Positions 1 to 8,100 of a stretch of 12,276 bases of DNA are shown piece by piece. A program made the position numbers and the translations under genes. Numbering within the stretch: position 1 is the first letter of the stretch; each line of letters begins with the position of its first letter. The notes under the pieces are model-generated. The model was not told the origin of the DNA and did not search any database. It saw only the letters and a list, made by a program, of their open reading frames with translations. This stretch comes from Azolla caroliniana (taxonomy: Eukaryota; Plantae; Polypodiophyta): positions 1 through 12,276 of the forward strand of contig JBHGNT010001081.1 in NCBI GenBank assembly GCA_043228905.1, given 5' to 3'.

Positions 1-136
1 AAACGTACTTCATTAAATGTGGATTTAATTTTTATTTTCCAATTCAGTGGAAAACCTAACGACACTGAACCCAAAAGTAAAATGTACACCTTTCAGGATT
101 TGTTTCATTCTTCCTGACAAAGCTGATTCTGAAAGA

Positions 137-234
137 TGAAAGGCAATATTTTATGAGGAAATGTTAGGGCCGAGTTACTCGATGCTGAAAGTCAATGTTT
201 TGATAAGAAAATGTTAGGGCGAAGTTACTGATAC
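137..234 (+). repeat. Degenerate tandem duplication, 2 x 49 bp, just upstream of the start codon
   Basis: 137..185 tgaaaggcaatattttatgaggaaatgttagggccgagttactcgatgc versus 186..234 tgaaagtcaatgttttgataagaaaatgttagggcgaagttactgatac; shared core aaatgttagggc..agttact. Confidence 0.8.
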
Positions 235-242
235 ATCGTTTA

Positions 243-2174
243 ATGATGAATGTGGAAAACAATGATGGAGTTTTTGAGCAAGTTTTTGGATGGTGCAATT
301 ATGAGAAAGCAGCTTCACCGTATACAAACATGAAAAGAAAGGTTGGAGGGGAAGAGAATCTTATGGTATTTATACTTCAAATGCAGGAGCTAGCTTTGAT
401 GAGTGAAGATTCTGTCAGTTATGGGCCAACCTCATTGGAAAGGTTTGCTCTAATAACGTTGAACTACAATGTCTTATTATCCGAACATGGTGGCTACTTA
501 GTTGAAGTCAGGACAATGGATTCACAAGAGGTTTGTCATGATGAAAAAATGGGTGTCTTTACTCCTTTTCAAGAGAGGTGTGAGGATTCAGAAAAGGTTT
601 GTCGAGATGAATTGGGTATCTTTTATCCGTTTCCAAATTGGTGTGAAGATTTGCAAGAGGTTTGTCAATGTGAAGCAATGAATATTGTTACTCCTTTTGA
701 ACAAAGGTGCCAATATTTACCAGGGATTTGCGAAAATGAAGCAATGGGTGTCATTGGTAATGTTGAACAGGGGTGGTGCAAAAATTCACAGGAGGCTTGG
801 CAAGATGAAGAAATAGGTATCATTCCTCCTTGCCGATGTGTTGCAATGGGTCTCATCTCTCTGTTTAAGGAGAGATGTGAAGATTCACAAGACGCTTGTC
901 GAGAAGGTGACATGAGCCAAATTTTTAATCTTGAAGAAAGAGGTCCAGGTTTTCGAGAGGTCTGTGGAGATGAAGAAAATGTTCTCGTTACTCTTAAAGA
1001 AAGATGCAAAAATGTTTGTCAAGGTAGTTTTAATAAGTCTGTTGAAGAGATCAGCTTTGCTTCTAGTTGCTGTAGGGATTGTCCCAAGAGACTTGAGTGT
1101 GGAACCAGAAACTTCATTGAAGTTGAAGAGAAGGATGCTGATAAAGATAAGGAGGGACGAGACCGCCAAAATGAGCAGAGTAATGCAAATAAGCATGCTA
1201 AAAAGGAGAGGGCTGAAGCCATTGGAAACAAAGGAGATGTTAATGCAGCTGGTGAAACTGACAATGTTGGTGAAGAAAATAGGGATAAAGAGGGTGGAGA
1301 AGGAGATGAAGATAAAGACAAAGAAGGAGAAGATAAGCTTGATGGTGATGAAGAGGAAGGAGAGGAAGAGGGAGAAGAAGAAGAAGACGGAGAGGGAGAG
1401 GGAGAGGAGAAGAAGGGCGAAGAAGAGGGTATTAGCGACATGCATTCTGCAGTTTGCGCTTCTTCAGTTCCATCATTGGAACACATTCAAGATTCTAGAA
1501 GGTTTTTGACATATGACATGTTTTATGATGAAGAGTTCTCAAATAGTGAGCTCGCTATCTCTTGCTCCTATCAGTACTCACGGAGATATTCAAGGAGACG
1601 TCGAGATGTTAATCAAGAAGCAGATTCTGGTTGTAAGATGCAAATCACTGACAAAGGCATTTCTAATTCTCACATTCAGTCAACTGTTATTGATCTACAT
1701 GGACAAACTTCATCTGATACATCTAAAGATTGTCAGACTGATGCAAGTGTCCATTGTAACAAGGGTCAAACTTCATATTGTGGAAGCCCTTGTCGTCATT
1801 CTATTACAGATGAAAGCTTTCAAGCATCACTGGAACTATCTAGAAGACCTTCTAGTGACGTAAATGCATCCCATAATGACATGCTAAAGCTTTATGATAG
1901 TCCGTCCTATCAAACATCGTCAGATGCGTCTAAGGACTTTTCTTGTGTCTCACCAAAGCACCCCACTCAACCTAGTGGAATAAAGTTAAAAATCAAGCTT
2001 CCAAGGGAAGAAATGTTGCAAATAAACAATGTAAATGGTGGGACAAATGAGGAAGTCATAAGTAACCATAATGAAGAGAAAACCATGAAACAGTTACCTA
2101 CCACTGCGAAGGCACTCTTGTCATCTGGTTTACTTGAAGGATCCCGTGTATACTATCAATATAGAGGAAATGAA
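243..2174 (+). CDS. Coding exon 1 (644 codons): Cys repeats, acidic tract, basic patch, Ser-rich linker, start of the first TDBD module
   Basis: 651-aa ORF ending in family motif LPTTAKALLSSGLLEGSRVYYQY, then donor GAA|GTAAGC at 2175 (phase 0). In-frame stop at 204..206 upstream of ATG 243. The true start and any hidden intron in this exon are not verified. Confidence 0.8.
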
Positions 2175-5100
2175 GTAAGCTTTTATGACCAGAAATGAAT
2201 ACATCAATTTCTTGTTATGTTCAGGTTATGTAATGATGGTTATGAAATACCATTTGAATTAGATTTTTCTCACTGGAGTGGTCAAAGGAGGAGGAATTTT
2301 ATGCAATTGTAAAATATGTGGAGGAAGAAATGTACGTGTTTACGTCAATGACTTACCTTCTTCTACCATGACTTTAGGCTTATTGACATTCTTTATTTGT
2401 TTTTCTTCTTTTCTCGTAAAGATTGTGAATGTCTCGAGCTTCGAGAGGCATGCGGGGAGTAATGCACGACATCCTAGTGACTACATTTTTCTTGAAAATG
2501 GGAAGTCACTTCAGGACGTTCTAAGAAATGGTAGGAACAATAACCAAGGAAACTGCATTGGTAAAGTTCGTAAAGCTTGTTATGATACTGAAGGAGATAC
2601 TAATAGTAGGCGCCAAAGAACTACTGTTTCAGCTTTTCGCAAGAAAAGCCCCTCTTCCAATGCAGGTAATTTAGATCAAATGTCCTCTAGATTCTATAAT
2701 TTATTTAATTGACTCGTAATTGGGCAATAAGTCCATTTGTCTCTGTTGGCTTGAGGACTATCTTTCAGGCCCTCTAAACTTGAAGAATGAGGCTGATTCA
2801 AAAATGATTGTCCATACACCACAAAATTCACAAGCTAGGTAACATCGCAGGATTTGAAGCTGTTTTTCCATCAGATTCTTGAGATATCAATTTTATTACT
2901 AGCATTGGAAGCTGTGTTTTCATTAGATTCGCAAACTAGCTGTTTGACTAACCCTGCCATATTACCTTTTTAAGTTAGTCTTCTCTAGTTTAGTAATACA
3001 AATAGAAAATGATCCACATTTTTAGTAGCACTTCCGGATCTTCTAATCAGAGAATGGTTTCAGGGATGGAAGTCGGCACAAAATGCTGTTTTTACCCGGG
3101 GGATTGTCAGATGGAACCGAGGTCTCTTACTACGTTAAAGGACAGGTCCAAGCTGCTATCTGAGTTTCTCTTATACAAGATATTTTAATAACTTTGAATG
3201 CTTTTGATGGCGTGTGAAGTCTTCTGAAGGCTAGTTTTTTTTGTAGTGTTATTTGACTGGCATAAAAATGGGACATGGGATCTGTTGTGGCTGTTGTAAT
3301 GAAGTGGTGAGATCTATAAATTGTCAGTTGTTGGCTACGGATGAATTCTAAATCCACATGTTTATTTTTTAACACTTTTGTAATGCCTTTTCAGATAAGT
3401 TGCTCACAATTTGAAGCTCATGCTGGATGGGCTTCTCGTCGGAATGCGTAAGCCATCATGCCTTGTTTGCTGGGTAATTTACTTGGGTATAATCTATTAA
3501 TTATACCATTATGATATCAGATACATCAGCATGTTCCTCTCCAATGGACAATCTCTGCACGAATATGCACTAACTCTTTCAGCTAAGGATCAAAACGCAA
3601 GAGACATTAATGCTTCAAGAGATAGGAATGATTATTGTGCTGAATGTGGTGACAGTGGAGTTCTCATTGGTTGTAATACATGCCCCAGGGCTTACCATGC
3701 AGGTAAATAATGCCTATATGATTTTGCTTGGACCTGGTTATAATCAATTCAATTTGGAGTTTCTCTGAGCGGTTGTCCACCAGTCATTCATAAATGCGAT
3801 TGAATATTTTTTTCTGAATGAAAAGATATAAATATAAATGAGAGAAGAACATCTATGTTCAAAATTTTGAAAGAATGAATAAATTGCCGAGGAAATCAAC
3901 ATGTTTTTTACTGAAACTAGTTTACGTGACAACTATAGGCCAACTTCCCTTTGGAATAATGTCTTTAGATATAGCATGAAACCGAGTTGACTTACACCTT
4001 TCTTGATTCAATGTGAATTTTAACAAGCTGCTTAGCTGAGCAACTACTTAAATCTGTTGCCCAAATTGTGACATAGAAGTGTCTTGAAATTCTTCCCCAG
4101 TCATATTTAATGCTAGATTGGAATATGGAGTTTGTCGCAGCTAGACAAGCTAGAAATCTTGGTTATTGATCATATCTTCCTTGTACTATATGTTCTGGAC
4201 CATCTGAGGTTACATATGAACAGGAGCTGAGAGTATGTGATATTTAAGTCAGGGTTCAGAAAACATGATAAGGGATTAATCCTATTTTTTCTTCACCATT
4301 GTATATTATGGAACTGGTATGATCAGATCCAGTTGGGACATAGTTTCTGTCTTCACTGTTTTTCATCTAAGCAGCTATATATCTGATTAAGAACTATTTG
4401 ATAAGATTATTCTTGTACAATAGAAAAAGCTAGCAAATTTGTCCTGAGGATGCTGCTTCTGATTTGTGAGAATGATGTATAGGATCATCTATTTGTATGT
4501 ACAGTTATTAGCTCTAGCACATTGGAGAGTGTGTAGATTTCAATTATATCGAGAATAAGCATATGCTTGCTTTTATGATTTATACTTTGGTGCTTCTATT
4601 ACATGATAAGGATATGGTCATAGATTATGAGTCCTTTGCATAACACAGGTGCCGAGATTCCTTTCTCTGCTGCCACATTTTGGTAATATATATGCTAGAG
4701 ATTTAGAGTGTATACAAAGTTTTAGCCTAAGAACTTTTAGGACAGACATTACGCAATCATTATTTTCTCAGCCATCTTTTGTGGTTTAATATTATTGAAT
4801 TCATGCACATTGCATCCAAGGAATAAAGGTAGAATTTTTATTATGTTCATATTGTTTTTCCATTTCCATCTCAATCTACAGGTTGCATTTACATTTTATA
4901 AATGTTATATTTTAGTGTTTTTCATTGATATTGGATTTTAGGATTCTGCTCATTTCTTCCTTTTCTTTTATCTACATATATGTCATCCTTTAAGTACTGT
5001 GCTTTTTTTATGTTGAATCTTTTAATTTATAAATATCGTCCTGCTGTTTTCTGTTTCTCTTTGGTAACCATGTCGTGCAATGCATTTGGATGCTTATTGA

Positions 5101-8100
5101 ACTAGTTCATTAATACTCATTCTTTGTGATATTTGGCATCTAAAATGGACTAAATTGCATTCCACTTGTTAATCTTATTATAGATATTGATGAATCCTAC
5201 AACAGGAACAGACTTCTGATAAGATAATTTAAAAAAATATCATTAGTGGGCATGGATACTGAAATCTGCAATCTGGATGCTAATACCGTGGATGGTTCTT
5301 TCTTTTCTGTGTAGTTATGGTTCTTTATATGCCATATATGAATGAAATTGTAATCTGTTTTTTCTCCTTTAATTTTTGCAGAATGTGCTGGTATTTCAAG
5401 CATTCCTGGAGATGTCTTGTGCTGCTCCATATGTGAAAGTGAGAGAAATCAGACATCAAAGGTTATAAGAGGCTGTGGGAGATCCATTAGCTTGTCGATT
5501 AGAGAGAAGTTATCACTGCGATGTCAACGTGTTGTCAAGGCATCACAAAACACTTTAGGGGGCTGTGTATTCTGCAAGTAAAGTGCCCCTCTATCTGAAT
5601 TCAAATTTTCGATGACATGCATTCTCTATTTGGTGATGTAGTATGTGCAAAATTTAAATGGAACTTTGAAAAATTGCATAACATGATTATTTGGTATTTT
5701 ATTGGTGTACCTTTTTGTGTATATGTGTGCATATTATTATCATGTACGCCTTGTATATGTTATATGGAAATATCTTACTTCTTGGAGAAAGTGATAAACT
5801 CAGTATGATAGATCACATACCTAATAGCATTTGTGGATGTTGATATCTGAACTTCACCTCTCTTTGGACATTGATGAGGCGAGTAAGATATGGCATAGCA
5901 TCATAATTCAAGAAGTTTTCCAAATTCAAAACAAAACCAATGGAAATATCTTACTTCTTGGAGAAAGTGATAAAATCAGTATGATAGATCACATACCTAA
6001 TAGCATTTGTGGATGCTGATATCTGAACTTCACCTCTCTTTGGACATTGATGAGGCGAGTAAGATATGACATAGCATCATAATTCGAGAAGTTTTCCAAA
6101 TTCAAAACAAAACCAATGGAAATATCTTACTTCTTGGAGAAAGTTATAAAATCAGTATGATAGATCACATACCTAATAGCATTTGTGGATGTTGATATCC
6201 ATATGAATATTAAATGTTAATATAAAATAGGAATATGCTAACTGGATATAACCCCTCCCCATACAAACACCTGTATCAATCAAGGTTCATGAAGATAACA
6301 TGGATCTTTAATATTATTGCACGATAGTGCCACAAACACATGATAAACATGTTATAAGTGACATAAGTTGTACTGGAAATGACAAGCCATCGTACGTTGC
6401 AAAATTGCAGGCATTTGATGAGAAGTTTGATATTTGTGTAGGAATGGTGATTTTCTGAAATCAGGATTTGGTGCTAAGACCATAATGCTTTGTGATCAAG
6501 TAAGTACCATGATTTCAAATATTAGTATGAAAAAAAGAGATTGTTAGTTCTTATTTTATTGCAATTCTTGCAGTGTGAGAGAGAATATCACGTGGGCTGC
6601 ATGAAAGAGCAGGGAATTGCTGACTTACAGGTGTTTTGCAATTCTTACAGTCTTACCTGCGCTTGGTTGCATTTTTATTTATTAATAGTTTGCATGAAAA
6701 TAAGAGAACCATTTGATTGTGAATTACAGGAATTGCCTCCAGGTGAGTGGTTTTGCTGTGCTGAATGCAAAAACATTCACGATATCTTGGAAGGCCTTGT
6801 TTCTCGTGGTTCTGAACCCGTGGAGGTCGATATTCTCAATGTAATTGCTAAAAAGAGATATCAAAATGAAGCCAATTATGAACGAGTGATTCCCCAATGC
6901 CAAGATTTCTCGTGGCAACTCCTTCATGGACGGAGAGGTGACCCCAATAATGGAAAGACACTGTCTGAAGTAGCAAAGATATTCTCAGTTCGGTATTACT
7001 TGCTTTGCATTGCCGTATTCTATGTTTATTATGTGAGTTTTACTTGAACATGGCTGCAATATTTGCAGGAGAGCTTTGATCCAATAATAGATGCTACATC
7101 TAGACGGGACTTAATCTCTCTGATGGTGTACAGGTTAGAGCAAACAATCTAGTTTTTTTGTTTGTGCTTTATCCATGCTAAATACATAGTACTCACATTT
7201 TGCAGTCAAAGCACCAGAGATCAAGATTTTCGAGGGATGTATTGTGCAGTTCTCAGATGGAAGTTAGTATATTACTTTTTATGATCGTATTTTAATACTC
7301 ATAAGATGCTAAATCTTGGTTTGTGTTGATGTGGGCTTCTTTTAGCTTTCTTTTCATGGTTTTAGGGCTTTTTATCTTTTACTATATTCCACTCACCCTG
7401 GAGTAATGATTCTATGTTCTATTCTTTCATGATGAGGTGCATGAAACAGTCCATTTGTTTGCCTGCTTCTATTCATAGGTGATTTTGTCCCTACAATGAA
7501 GGCTTGATGCAGTTGATATTGCATTTGCATGTCTTGAGTTATAAAGTACATATATATTTTAGCAGTTTGTGCAGAGGTTTTTCTATACTTTATATATGTT
7601 CGTGAATTTTGTAGATCTAATTATTTGAGTTCTGGTATAGGGAAGAAGTTGTTTCAGCTGCAGTGATTCGTGTCTTCGGAAAAAAGTTTGCAGAGATGCC
7701 TCTTGTGGCAACATCTGAAGCAAATCGAGGACAGGTAATTTTGGAACATATTTTGATTGATAGACTGGATGAAATGATCGAGCTCAGTGCATTATAGAAA
7801 TGTTGATTTTCCTATGTGTGATTCAGGGTTATTTTCAAATTCTGATGTTAAGAATTGAGGAACTCTTACGATCGCTTCAAGTTAAGTACCTTGTCTTGCC
7901 AGCTGCTGAAGAAGCAGTGGGAATCTGGATCAATAAATTCGCGTTTTCTAAGTTGCAAGACGCTCAGGCAATCTTCTTTTGCCATATGAACATTATGTCT
8001 ACATGAATGAGGATTTGTATTTACCATTCCTGGGTTGTGTAAAATACAGCTCCAGCAATTCGGATCAGAAGTGCAAATGATGATATTCCAGGGTTCTTCA

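Noticed and set aside
665-1486. Minus-strand ORFs 665..1009, 885..1445 and 1019..1486
   Set aside because: Antisense shadows of the GA-rich coding exon. The Ser/Pro- and Phe/Leu-rich translations are what the reverse complement of GAA/GAG runs gives, and they show no domain signal.
931-1863. Alternative-frame + strand ORFs 931..1509 and 1513..1863, separated by one stop
   Set aside because: Shifted reading of purine-rich codons in the main ORF; Lys/Arg/Met-rich with no recognisable motif.
2278-2712. 144-aa ORF as a separate gene
   Set aside because: It is exons 2 and 3 read through the open intron 2 and into intron 3.
5764-6199. CRISPR-like or LTR-like reading of the 84-bp/92-bp alternating pattern
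   Set aside because: The intervening 92-bp segments are near-identical, not unique spacers, and the context is a eukaryotic intron. I saw no TG..CA ends, PBS or PPT. It is a plain tandem repeat.
6541-7047. 168-aa ORF as a separate gene
   Set aside because: It is exons 11 and 12 plus intronic read-through.
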